64,000 bases of DNA from Verrucomicrobiaceae bacterium. Lineage in GTDB: Bacteria; Verrucomicrobiota; Verrucomicrobiia; Verrucomicrobiales; Akkermansiaceae. Location: contig JBPOGH010000005.1 of assembly GCA_051252135.1 (NCBI GenBank), positions 64,001 to 128,000 of the forward strand, given 5' to 3'. Shown here in pieces: positions 19,001 through 27,977 of the stretch. Position 1 is the stretch's first letter. Each line of letters opens with the position of its first letter. A program made the translations under genes and the position numbers. Under the pieces are notes generated by a model. That model saw only the letters and a program-made list of their open reading frames with translations. It was not told the origin of the DNA and ran no database searches.

Positions 19001-20423
19001 TAGCGTCACCGGCGAAACCTTCCCCATCTCCACCACCGTCAATCAACCCTTCCCCCGCCAACCCACCTCCTACTTCCGCACCACCTTCGACCTCTCCTCC
19101 GCCGCGTCCGTCGCCGAACTCACCCTCCAAATCCGCGTAGACGGAGGCGCCGTAATCTATCTCAACGGAGTGGAAGCATTGCGCGAATCCAACGTCCCCG
19201 CAAATGCCGACTACAACACCCCTCCCGACTCGGATGCCAGCGACGGAAACGAAGGTGACCTCGATATCTACACTCTGGACCCCGCCCTTCTCATGGAAGG
19301 CACAAACCTCATCGCAGTGGAACTTCACAACGGACCAACCAGCAGCGACATGTTCATCGACATTCAGCTCCTCTCGAAAAAGGCCAACGACTCCAATCTC
19401 CCCATCCCCATCAACGGCCCCACCACCGTCAAAGCACGCAGCTTCAATAACGGCGAATGGAGCGCCCTCACCGAAGCCTCCTTCACCGTCGATACCGTCC
19501 CCGCCGACGCTTCCAATCTCGCCATCGTCGAAATGCTCTACAACCCCGCCGGCCCCAGCATGAGCGAAGAGCAGGCCGGATTCAACGACGGTGACATGTT
19601 CGAGTTCCTCCGCATCCAGAACACCGGAACCCAAAACATCGACCTCACCAACGTCCGCTTCACCGCCGGCATCAATTTCGACTTCTCCACCACCGCTACC
19701 AAAGTGCTTCCTCCGGGCGGCATCGCCATCATCGTGGCAAATCTCGACGCCTTCCGCTTCCGCTACGGCACCGGCTTTGACGCCCTCATCGCCGGCCAAT
19801 ACGGCAACAGGCTCTCCAACGGCGGAGAACAACTCCGCCTCATCGGACAAAGCGATGCCATCATCCATGAGTTCACCTACGGAACCACCTCCCCATGGCC
19901 CGTCCTCACCGCTCTCGATGGCCACTCCATCATCAACAGCAACCCGGTCGGCAGTCACGGCACCGCCGGCAACTGGCAGCCCTCCATCAACCTCGGCGGC
20001 ACCCCTGATGGCAAACTCAACTTCATCAAATGGCAGGTCTCTCTCTTCACCCCCGCCCAACTGGGCAACCCCGCCATCTCCGGTCCCAATGGTGACCCCG
20101 ATCAGGACGGATGGAGCAACTTTATGGAGTTCGCCCTCGGCTCACTCCCCAACGATCCACAAAGCTACCCCGCCGAAATCACCGCCGGAGTCACAACGAT
20201 TGGCGAGGACCGGCACCTCACCCTCACCTTCACCAGAGCTTCCTATTCCGGAGGCGTCGACTTCTCAGCCCAACTGGGAGCGGACCTTCAGAACTGGACC
20301 AACGGAGGACTCGTTCACGGCACCGAAACCCGGAATCCCGACGGCTCCATCACCGCCCGGTTCCGTCACCCGGCTCCCATCTCTGCCGGCAAACAATTCA
20401 TGAGACTCAAAGCCGCGGAATAA
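16032..20423 (+). CDS. Large secreted protein with lamin-tail domains, Fn3-associated domain and CotH-kinase domain
   Basis: IVINEF, DWIELHN...VNLTGWTLSD (LTD), IRYTTDG..P, LYVNG..KG.Y...ER and WDWPHNNW...WDAE (CotH). Confidence 0.85.
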   Translation: MLRTFLLSSFILGTTHGQIVINEFSASTAERNLRWDANDQPFAGSGPAWWAPTFDDTDWIDGSAPIGYSLGSLSTNLFSTLRNVSPSFYTRTTFDVSAGEASSSSPLRLNINYNDGFIAWINGIEVARSNMGAPKSHIYHDQLSYVESTLSTNTQTFNLPIASSLLVEGDNVIAIQINNNTIDGNMRLDLELEINNPSGNDPHLVNFGSPLKYRPGLTEPSSDLVEPAALAEGPSDWIELHNPTASPVNLTGWTLSDAPNLISKWTFPSGTTIGAGGYLVILADDPDAPIPGATYLHSNFKLGSTGDDIGLYDASGTTIDELASEYPNQYPNYSYGRDPSGQFAFHATPSPGKPNTGLTFSGKADAPDFDNKGGFYDNPVSVTLTSQTPDVLIRYTTDGTVPTMTNGLTYFSPLSLAQVTNRKGHVIRARSFKDGFIASNIKTNTYLIGQDARLRTSPSLIYAGDPQRSLYDPFGVMAIGGGTYSNNQWQSSQPTDYNNVINRGQAYERPIHAEFYFADGTVGFRSDVGLRVAASSYSRPRMTLNQTASSPWPDNPTEKPSFNLYFRDDYGNPSVNLPLNGPARTFSKYERFRIRAGKNDIRNPFVIDELIRRLSHDMGNGASLGVINSLYVNGDLKGFYNMVERLREPFFQSLHSTDPNAQWDVLQFEGEDNVAEGDYVAWDDMISRLNASTTTANWERVLEVADVANMADYYLLNIYGATWDWPHNNWVAAKERSPEGRYRLYVWDAEGAMGLYNNRLASQEMINTYILGTSNGLGGQNGTEGELRDLWRGLNRWEEFRILFADRIHKHMFNDGILDDRDGDNSQVKARFDGLVDEFSDLLSIMNGQSVQTSRVTAWLNPNNGRRTYLLGPNREEFRDNDLWPETAPPVFSKFGGSVPQGGSLVITNEAGDYFYTTDGSDPRLPGGTANPNATQQAGSLIDVNLLPLGSVWKHNAVDGDLGTSWKNAAYDDSLWLSGPAPLGYGNVRDSVTGETFPISTTVNQPFPRQPTSYFRTTFDLSSAASVAELTLQIRVDGGAVIYLNGVEALRESNVPANADYNTPPDSDASDGNEGDLDIYTLDPALLMEGTNLIAVELHNGPTSSDMFIDIQLLSKKANDSNLPIPINGPTTVKARSFNNGEWSALTEASFTVDTVPADASNLAIVEMLYNPAGPSMSEEQAGFNDGDMFEFLRIQNTGTQNIDLTNVRFTAGINFDFSTTATKVLPPGGIAIIVANLDAFRFRYGTGFDALIAGQYGNRLSNGGEQLRLIGQSDAIIHEFTYGTTSPWPVLTALDGHSIINSNPVGSHGTAGNWQPSINLGGTPDGKLNFIKWQVSLFTPAQLGNPAISGPNGDPDQDGWSNFMEFALGSLPNDPQSYPAEITAGVTTIGEDRHLTLTFTRASYSGGVDFSAQLGADLQNWTNGGLVHGTETRNPDGSITARFRHPAPISAGKQFMRLKAAE

Positions 20424-20464
20424 GCAGGAATGAATCAGCCGTCAGGCTGATTCCACCTCGCCCC

Positions 20465-22291
20465 TCACCACTTGAGACTCGCGCCCACATAGATCGCTCT
20501 CCCCTGTCCCTCGACAGGGAGAAAGCCGTCGTCCGAGAGCAGATACTCTTCATCAAAGAGATTCTCAATTCTTCCGAAAAGGGTGAAGCTCTCACTCACC
20601 TCAATCTCTCCATAGACTCTCGTCACGATCCGGTCATCCGTTGGGAAAAATCCGTAGGTCGCGCCATCGGTATAAGTCGCTCCCGCACCCGCGCTCCAGC
20701 GCTCCGCCTCATAACTCACATCCACACTGACAATCCGGTCAGGCACATCCAGCACCTCCTCGCTGTCCTGCTCCGTCCACGCAACCCGGTAAGAAAATCC
20801 ATCAACCGGCAGCTCTCCACTCAACGCAATCTCCAGACCACTCACCGTCGAACGTCCGGGGATATTGTAATTCTGAAACTTCCCGCCCGGCACATTGCGC
20901 AACCCGATCGCGTTCTCCAAATCCTGATGGAAATAAGTGATCCCCGCCTGCTGGCCCAACACGTCCTGCTCCAACCCAATCTCGTAACCGACGATGTCTT
21001 CCGAAATCAAATTCGGATTCGCCGCCTGAGCCAAACCAAAGGGAGGCGTAAAGGCCTCCGATTCAACCAAGGTCGGAGTCCGGAAGGACTCGGACAGCCG
21101 CGCTCTCAGTCGCGTTTGACTCTCCTCGATTTCATACGCGAAACCAAGGTTCCACGCCACATCATCACCGAAGCTGCTGTGATCCTCATACCGGACCCCA
21201 CCCTCCAGCAACAAAGGCTCAACCGGCCTCCATGTCCCGCTGACATACGCACCCAAGGTCTCATAGTTGATGTTGCGACCATTCAGATTTTCATAATCGC
21301 TGTCGGAATACTCGATCCCGCCCGTGAGCTCGGCATCATCGCTGAGCTCAATCCGGTTACTCCAGTGAGCCGTCGCCCGCCGATAATCGGTCCGCACCGG
21401 AAACCCGCCAAAGTCGGCATCATAAGCCTCGTCGTAATACCCCAACGTCAACTTGCTCGTCCACCAGGGATTCACTTTCAGCTCCCCGTTCAACGCCAGC
21501 AGATTCACATCCGTCTTGATCGTCGCCGGCGAAAAAAAGCCGCCTCCAAAATCAGTCACCGTCATCAGCTCATTCTGACTGCCGCGATAACTCATCCTGA
21601 GAACCAGCCCATCATTCGCCTGCCACTCCAGCGCCAACGTCTCATACGCCTGCTGGTAATCATGAACCGGCAAACCCGGAAAGGGATCATTCGCCGTCTC
21701 AAAATAACCCAACCCCGCCGCATACGTCAAATCACCCGACTGACCCGTCGAACTCAAGGACGTCCTCAGATGACCAAAGTCACCCACCTCAATCATCGAC
21801 TCCGTTTCAGACTCACCCGTTCCAAGAGCCGTCCCATAACCCACCACTCCCGCCGAAGCGCCCGAGCCATAAAGCACACTCTGCGGCCCCCGCAAAATTT
21901 CCAGCTGGGAAATATTTCCCAAATGCCCCGCCCCCAAAAAGTTACTCGCCCCATTCGTCGCATCCGTGATGCGCACCCCATCCACCACCACCTGAACATA
22001 CTTCGTTCCCAAACCCCGGAATAAAATGGATCCCAGATTCCCCGTCTGCCCCGCTGTTGAGAGCCCCTGCACCCCGGGCGTCAATTCCAGCGCATCGATC
22101 AATCGATACTCCTGCCGACGCTCCAACTCCTTCGCCGTGATGACGTCCACTGACGAACTCGTCTCATCAACCGATTCATCAAACCGCTTCGCCAACACCG
22201 TCAGGGGCGGCAGTTCATCTTCACCATGGATGACCCCAATCGGGAGCCCCGCCAACACAAGCCCGCAAGTGGCCTTCTTAATATTAATCAT
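20465..22291 (-). CDS. btuB: TonB-dependent receptor, probable cobalamin transporter
   Basis: Plug motifs (VDVIT, VVVDGV, EILRGPQSVLYG), IENLFDEEY, terminal W; cobalamin riboswitch upstream. Confidence 0.85.
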   Translation of the reverse strand: MINIKKATCGLVLAGLPIGVIHGEDELPPLTVLAKRFDESVDETSSSVDVITAKELERRQEYRLIDALELTPGVQGLSTAGQTGNLGSILFRGLGTKYVQVVVDGVRITDATNGASNFLGAGHLGNISQLEILRGPQSVLYGSGASAGVVGYGTALGTGESETESMIEVGDFGHLRTSLSSTGQSGDLTYAAGLGYFETANDPFPGLPVHDYQQAYETLALEWQANDGLVLRMSYRGSQNELMTVTDFGGGFFSPATIKTDVNLLALNGELKVNPWWTSKLTLGYYDEAYDADFGGFPVRTDYRRATAHWSNRIELSDDAELTGGIEYSDSDYENLNGRNINYETLGAYVSGTWRPVEPLLLEGGVRYEDHSSFGDDVAWNLGFAYEIEESQTRLRARLSESFRTPTLVESEAFTPPFGLAQAANPNLISEDIVGYEIGLEQDVLGQQAGITYFHQDLENAIGLRNVPGGKFQNYNIPGRSTVSGLEIALSGELPVDGFSYRVAWTEQDSEEVLDVPDRIVSVDVSYEAERWSAGAGATYTDGATYGFFPTDDRIVTRVYGEIEVSESFTLFGRIENLFDEEYLLSDDGFLPVEGQGRAIYVGASLKW

Positions 22292-22349
22292 TTGCTTCAG
22301 TCTAAAAAATGAACCCCGAACTCCGCAGGCTTCCTCTTTCGATAACTCT

Positions 22350-22490
22350 CAGGCTGGCGATCTGGCTCATCCTTCCGAAGAAAAACTTACAGTGGCGGGA
22401 CCGCTCCGGAATACTCTGCAAATTGCAGATTCACCGGATTCCCCATTTATTTCCTGCCCGTGCGACGGGCTTCCCAAAAGCTGCCCCCGT
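22350..22490 (-). ncRNA. Cobalamin riboswitch
   Basis: The minus strand has AATGGGGAATCCGGTGAA...TTCCGGAGCGGTCCCGCCACTGTAA...GAGCCAGA: B12-element core motifs upstream of a TonB receptor. Confidence 0.88.
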
Positions 22491-22704
22491 TTTACCGGCG
22501 ACTCCTTCCGATATCCTCCCGCAGATCATCTGGCAACGCGATTCGAACCAATGGACTTCCCCCGGGGCCCCCACTCCCCTCACTCCGTGTTTTTTTCCCC
22601 TCTCTCACCCACCCTCCACCCTTCCCCACCCACTCAAAAAAATTCGTTCGCTAATCTTAAGTAAGCTTTGTGATTGCCTCACCGTATGGCATAGTGAGAA
22701 CTCG

Positions 22705-23205
22705 ATGCGACGCCTTATCCTACCCTTCCTTTACGTAGCTTTGACCTCCTCGGTCTTTGTAAGCTGCTCGGGAAGCAAAGGCACACCCGACTACAATCCG
22801 GATATCGGCCCCTTTGATGCCGACGGAAACTACGTCGAAGCCTGGGCCGATAATCCGCCCAGCAAAAACAGCTCACGCAGAGTCAGCAACGCTCAGCCCG
22901 AAGTTAGGAAAACAACCACCCCTCCCGTGGTCGCCGTCCGGAAACCCGAGCCCAAGCCGATCCTTGCCTCCCGCCCGGTTTCCAAGCCAACCCCGAAACC
23001 GACTCCCAAGCCGGTGGCCAAGCCTAAACCCAAGCCCAAGCCGGTGGTCGTCAAACCCAAGTCCATTCGCCACACCGTCACCAAAGGAGACACTCTCTAC
23101 GGTCTCTCCCGGAAATACGGCACCACCGTATCCAAAATTCAAAAGGCCAACGGCATCAGCGGCTCCAACATCCGCACCGGCTCCACCATCCTGATCCCTC
23201 GCTAA
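22705..23205 (+). CDS. Lipoprotein with Pro/Lys-rich linker and C-terminal LysM domain
   Basis: Lipobox FVSC; HTVTKGDTLYGLSRKYGTTVSKIQKAN. Start at ATG 22705. Confidence 0.9.
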   Translation: MRRLILPFLYVALTSSVFVSCSGSKGTPDYNPDIGPFDADGNYVEAWADNPPSKNSSRRVSNAQPEVRKTTTPPVVAVRKPEPKPILASRPVSKPTPKPTPKPVAKPKPKPKPVVVKPKSIRHTVTKGDTLYGLSRKYGTTVSKIQKANGISGSNIRTGSTILIPR

Positions 23206-23210
23206 TTTCC

Positions 23211-24014
23211 ATGAAGAGCCTCGTCAGCGCGCTCCTACTGGCAATGACCCCTCCCGACGCACTCGCAGCGGAGGAGGAAATTCAAGGCGTCGACATCTCC
23301 CTCATTTCAAACGTCCGCACCGTTCAAGCCGGCACTCCCTTCTCCGTCGGACTCCACCTGCAACATCACCACGGATTCCACACCTACTGGAAATCCCCCG
23401 GCATCGTCGGCCTCCCCACCGCCATCACCTGGAACCTCCCTCCCGGCTTCACCGCGGGAGACATCCGTTGGCCCTACCCTGAACAATCCCTCATGGCCGG
23501 ACACCCCTGCCATGGCTATGATCGGGACGTTCTCCTCGTCGTCGAGATCACCCCGCCCAAATCCCTCACCGCGAAAAAAATCACCCTCACCGCCTCCACC
23601 CAATGGATGTGCTGCGCCCAGGAGTGCTTTCCCGGCTTCCAGGACTTCACCCTCACCCTCCCCGTCGGGATTCAGGAAAAGCCAAACCCCAAAACCTCCC
23701 CCCTTTTCCTGAAATCGGCCAAAGAACTCCCTCAGCCCGACCCCACATTCACCCCCGTCATCCGATCGACCCGGGACGCCCACACAATCACCCTCGAGCT
23801 CACCCTCCCCCAAAAACCCAAAGACCTCTATTTCTTCTCAGCCGATGGTCAAGTCTCCAGCAGCCTGAAGCAATCCCACCTCTTCAAGGCCGGTGGCTCC
23901 ACCACCCTCACCCTCGATCGCTCGCAATTCTCTCCAAAAAAACGCCCAACCCTCCCCGGCGTCCTTAAAGTCGATGACCGCTTCATCCTCATCGACCCCT
24001 CATACCCTCAATAG
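23211..24014 (+). CDS. DsbD N-terminal-domain protein (thiol:disulfide interchange)
   Basis: GFHTYWKSPG..GLPT.I.W.LP, WP.P, WMCCAQECFPG. Confidence 0.8.
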   Translation: MKSLVSALLLAMTPPDALAAEEEIQGVDISLISNVRTVQAGTPFSVGLHLQHHHGFHTYWKSPGIVGLPTAITWNLPPGFTAGDIRWPYPEQSLMAGHPCHGYDRDVLLVVEITPPKSLTAKKITLTASTQWMCCAQECFPGFQDFTLTLPVGIQEKPNPKTSPLFLKSAKELPQPDPTFTPVIRSTRDAHTITLELTLPQKPKDLYFFSADGQVSSSLKQSHLFKAGGSTTLTLDRSQFSPKKRPTLPGVLKVDDRFILIDPSYPQ

Positions 24015-24130
24015 CCCCGGAATCCGCTGAAAGTCCGGCCATTTCCCTCCGTTATCTCTTTCTCCGGACCAACTTAGCGCATCTTTGCCATTGTTCTCCG
24101 GAAAAACCGACCTATTCAAAAGCCCATCGA

Positions 24131-25453
24131 ATGTTTGTTCTAAAGAAAATGTTCCAAATTCGGGACAAGGCAAACCCCGAAGCCGAGAAGCCCTTCCTCG
24201 AGCACCTCGAGGATTTACGCTCCACCGTGACCAAGATCGTCATGACCTTGCTCATCTCGACCCTCATTTGCTTTGTCTACAAAGAGAAGCTCATGGAGGT
24301 CATCAAACGACCCGTCGAGAAAACCTGGGTCGCCAAACAGGAATCCAGACTCCCCGAGGACGGCTCCATCACCCTCGACAAATGGGAAAAGGCCCTGATC
24401 TACGCCGACGTCACCCCCGCTCTCAACTTCTACTCGCCCAACATCGAGGCCAAATTCTGGGAGCTCGAGGAAGACAAGGACCTCTACCAACTCACCCGCG
24501 CCGCCGTCATTTACCGCGCCGCCAACGAACTCCCTCCGGAAGCACAGGAAAAATTCCTCGATTCCATGCCCGAGAGCAATGCCCTCCTCCGTGAAAGGGT
24601 CAAGGAACTCCTCGAAACCAAGCCCATCACCGACCTCAACCAGGAAGGCAATCTCCGCATGATGGGCGCCTTCAAGGTCACCGAGACCTTCATGCTCACC
24701 ATGAAGCTCGCCTTCTTTGCCGGCATCATCATCTCCTTCCCCCTCCTCCTCTACTTCCTCCTCCAGTTCATCCTCCCCGGCATGAAAGAGGAAGAACGCA
24801 AAGCCCTCTGGCCCGCCCTCGCCATCGGCTTCGGCCTCTTCCTCGGCGGCGTCCTCTTCTCCTACTTCTTCGTCCTCCCGAAGGTTCTTAACTTCTTCTA
24901 CGACTGGAGCCAAAGCATGGGCGTCACCAACGACTGGCGCATCGGATACTACATCTCCTTCGCCACCACCTTCGTCCTCATCTTCGGACTCGCCTTCGAA
25001 CTCCCCGTCGTCGTCATGACCCTTGTTCACCTCGGCATCCTCACCTTCAGCGTGATGAATAGCACCCGCAGTTACGCAATTCTGGCCATCGTCATCATCG
25101 CCGCCCTCATCACGCCGACCCCCGACATTCCCACCCTCCTCCTTCTCGCAGGACCGATGTACATCCTCTACGAGATCTGCATCTGGCTCTCCTGGTTCTA
25201 CGAACGCAAAAAGAAACGTCAGGAAGCAGAGGAAGAAAAGGAATACCTCTCCAAACTCCTCGCCGACCCCAAGGACGAACCCGCTCACTCCGACGAAGCG
25301 GAAGAAGAAGACATCAGCGATCATCTCGATGACGATGATGACGACTACAAAAACTACCCCGGCGAACACCAAAATCCCGAGGAGAACCCTGATTACGACC
25401 CTCTCGCTCCTCCGGACGACGACATCCCCACCGCGGAAGAAGACCGGAAGTAA
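24131..25453 (+). CDS. tatC: Twin-arginine translocase subunit TatC
   Basis: PFLEHLEDLR, FILPG...E, FGLAFELPV, AALITPTPD, LYE. Confidence 0.95.
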   Translation: MFVLKKMFQIRDKANPEAEKPFLEHLEDLRSTVTKIVMTLLISTLICFVYKEKLMEVIKRPVEKTWVAKQESRLPEDGSITLDKWEKALIYADVTPALNFYSPNIEAKFWELEEDKDLYQLTRAAVIYRAANELPPEAQEKFLDSMPESNALLRERVKELLETKPITDLNQEGNLRMMGAFKVTETFMLTMKLAFFAGIIISFPLLLYFLLQFILPGMKEEERKALWPALAIGFGLFLGGVLFSYFFVLPKVLNFFYDWSQSMGVTNDWRIGYYISFATTFVLIFGLAFELPVVVMTLVHLGILTFSVMNSTRSYAILAIVIIAALITPTPDIPTLLLLAGPMYILYEICIWLSWFYERKKKRQEAEEEKEYLSKLLADPKDEPAHSDEAEEEDISDHLDDDDDDYKNYPGEHQNPEENPDYDPLAPPDDDIPTAEEDRK

Positions 25454-25491
25454 GCTCGCCCTCCTTCGCCGCCTTCCCTAGAATCCTGGTC

Positions 25492-26367
25492 ATGCAGTCC
25501 ATGACAGGATTCGGGCGCGGCGAGCACGCGACCGACCACTTCATCGCCAGAGTCGAAATTGCCTCCGTCAACCGGAAGCAAGCAGACATCGTCTTCAACC
25601 TCCCCCGCGAGCTGGGTGAGATCGAACCCATACTGCGAAAAGACGTCCTGAATGTCGTCTCCCGGGGTCGCGTCAACGTCTCCATCAATCTCGAGGCCGC
25701 CTCCACCGTCTCCGACTCCCTCGCTATCGACGAGACCCGTGCCCAAGCCCTCGAGGCCGCCTTCACCCAACTCTCCGACCTCCTCAACCGACCCATCCAA
25801 CCCGACTCGCACGACTTCCTCCGCGCCCCCGGCGTCTTCCTCTTTCAGGAATCCGGTATGGATGCCGACCACGCCCTTGAAGCCATCCGGCCCGCTCTCT
25901 CCGACGCCCTCGACCGCTTGGTTGAAATGAGAACCCGGGAAGGACTCGACCTCAAACAGGACTTCCAGGATCGCCTCACCATCCTCGAACAGGAAACAGC
26001 TGCCATCGCCGAAAAATCTCCCAACGTCGTCGTCCGCCAACGCGAGAATCTCCACAACCGCCTCCGCGATGCCGAAATCGACCTCGACCTCGCCGACGAG
26101 CGCCTCCTCAAGGAAATCGCCCTCTTCGCCGAACGCTGTGACATCTCGGAGGAAACCACCCGCCTCGATTCCCACTTCGCCAAATTCCGCGAATCACTCG
26201 AACTCCGTGAACCCGTCGGCCGCCCCCTCGACTTCCTCTGCCAGGAAATCAATCGCGAGCTCAATACCATCGGCTCCAAGGCCAATGATGCAGACATTGC
26301 CCAGCACGTCGTCACCGGGAAAACCGAACTCGAAAAAATCCGCGAGCAGGTCCAAAACGTAGAATAG
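25492..26367 (+). CDS. YicC/YloC family endoribonuclease
   Basis: SMTGFGR, SVNRK, DISEE..RL.SH, GR.LDFL.QE.NRE.NTIGSK, EKIREQVQNVE. Confidence 0.95.
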   Translation: MQSMTGFGRGEHATDHFIARVEIASVNRKQADIVFNLPRELGEIEPILRKDVLNVVSRGRVNVSINLEAASTVSDSLAIDETRAQALEAAFTQLSDLLNRPIQPDSHDFLRAPGVFLFQESGMDADHALEAIRPALSDALDRLVEMRTREGLDLKQDFQDRLTILEQETAAIAEKSPNVVVRQRENLHNRLRDAEIDLDLADERLLKEIALFAERCDISEETTRLDSHFAKFRESLELREPVGRPLDFLCQEINRELNTIGSKANDADIAQHVVTGKTELEKIREQVQNVE

Positions 26368-26369
26368 CC

Positions 26370-27014
26370 ATGCGCCTCCCCCTCCTCTTCACCCTTCTCA
26401 CCGCCGGACTCGTCGCCCTCCTCTCCTGCAGCGCTCCCTCCTCGTCTTCGGGTTACTCCGGCTCCCGACCCTACATCAAGGAAGCCTTCATCAAAAAGGG
26501 CAGCTACGGCAGACATCGTACCCGCTACATGTCTCCCCGCTACATCACCATCCACTCCACCCAAAACTACAGCGCCCAGGGCGACGCCCTCGCCCACGCC
26601 CGCATGCTCCAGCGCGGCGCCCTCAAGGGCCGCAAGAACTCCCTCGGGTACATCACCTGGCACTTCACCGTGGATGAGGACTCCATCTACCAATCCCTCC
26701 CCACCAACGAACAGGGACAGCACGCCGACTACGAAGGCCAGGGCAACCGCCAATCCATCGGCATCGAAATGTGCGAAAACCGCGGCAACTCCCGCTCCGC
26801 CACCCTCGACCGCACCGCCCGCCTCACCGCCTACCTCATGCGGAAGCACAACATCCCCATCAGCCGCGTCGTCCCCCACCAGCACTGGCGCATGATCCGC
26901 TACGCCGACGGACGCGACCTCGGCCATAAAAACTGCCCACACTTCCTCATGACCAACGGAAAACCCGGAGCCAAATGGCGCGCCTTCCTCCGCCAAATCG
27001 AACGCTATCTTTAA
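26370..27014 (+). CDS. N-acetylmuramoyl-L-alanine amidase (Amidase_2), lipoprotein
   Basis: ITIHST, WHFTVD, SIGIEMC, VVPH..W, KNCP. Confidence 0.9.
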   Translation: MRLPLLFTLLTAGLVALLSCSAPSSSSGYSGSRPYIKEAFIKKGSYGRHRTRYMSPRYITIHSTQNYSAQGDALAHARMLQRGALKGRKNSLGYITWHFTVDEDSIYQSLPTNEQGQHADYEGQGNRQSIGIEMCENRGNSRSATLDRTARLTAYLMRKHNIPISRVVPHQHWRMIRYADGRDLGHKNCPHFLMTNGKPGAKWRAFLRQIERYL

Positions 27015-27931
27015 CCCTTCGTCGGGAAACACACCAGCGTCACCGGCTCCTCATTCTCGCCCGGCATCGACTCATAGATCTCAATCGGATAATGCTTCCT
27101 CGTCTGGCGAAATTCCTTCGCCCGACCGTGAAAAATCCCCGCACTCCACGCATTCCCGAGATGGTCAAAAGACCCGTAATGCCGAATCCCATACACCGAA
27201 AGTCGCGGCCGTCTTCCCGTTAACAAATCATCAGGTAAACTCGCAGGGGGAGACTTCACCGGAAGCGCCGCCGTATATCCCGCCACCTTGTTTCCGATAT
27301 CCCACTTGTGGTAAATCGAAAATCCCGGACCGATCACGTCCAACCCGATCTGGTTCAGATAGTCGGCAATCCGCTCAAAATCTGCTCCCATCCTCTCACC
27401 CAACTCAGCCACCGGACATTCCCTTTTGATTCCGATATATCGGCACGAACCAATCGAATCCGGCCCCACAATTTCCAACTTCGATGACACGTTCCCGGTC
27501 TCAACATGCTCTTTGAGCATCTTCAGTCCCCGCTCATAATCCATCCCCATCAGACCCACCATCAGCTTCTTCATGAAGAAAAGATAGAACGGCAGACTGC
27601 TCTTCATCGACCAGGTCACCTCCACCCCCTCCTCCCGCTCCTGGAAATCCATCCGAACATCAGCCTGCGATTTCCAAGGCTTGTAAAAATTCAAATCATA
27701 GCTGATCCACGAATTCCCGTCCTCCCCTGTGATCTCCATCGCCCCGCTCCCGATGATCTTTCCATCCCACGAATACGCCTTCCCGTCTTCACGAAATTTC
27801 AAAAGACATTCAGGCTCCGCAATCACCCGAGGCGACCACTTCGGCCACTCCCTGAAGTTGCGCACCTCGGCATAGACCTGATCGAGAGGGGCATCGATCA
27901 GGATTTTTTCGGTCACTGTGAACTTAGGCAT
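27011..27931 (-). CDS. SRPBCC + GyrI-like domain protein
   Basis: I.AP...VY..V..F..W..WSP; DYERGLKMLK; H.G...HLGNAWS, PIEIY. Confidence 0.85.
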   Translation of the reverse strand: MPKFTVTEKILIDAPLDQVYAEVRNFREWPKWSPRVIAEPECLLKFREDGKAYSWDGKIIGSGAMEITGEDGNSWISYDLNFYKPWKSQADVRMDFQEREEGVEVTWSMKSSLPFYLFFMKKLMVGLMGMDYERGLKMLKEHVETGNVSSKLEIVGPDSIGSCRYIGIKRECPVAELGERMGADFERIADYLNQIGLDVIGPGFSIYHKWDIGNKVAGYTAALPVKSPPASLPDDLLTGRRPRLSVYGIRHYGSFDHLGNAWSAGIFHGRAKEFRQTRKHYPIEIYESMPGENEEPVTLVCFPTKG

Positions 27932-27977
27932 GACGCCCTCTCTAACAGGTTGATTCTCAGTGACAAGAAATCTCTAC

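Noticed and set aside
20111..22024. 637-aa plus-strand ORF
   Set aside because: Antisense shadow of the TonB receptor; Arg/His/Pro-rich with no motifs.
22309..22704. Long N-terminal extension of the LysM ORF
   Set aside because: It runs across the riboswitch and divergent promoter region. The lipoprotein signal begins at ATG 22705.
22940..23065. Low-complexity CCCAAG/AAACC repeats
   Set aside because: They encode the Pro-Lys linker of the LysM lipoprotein and are not an independent DNA repeat.
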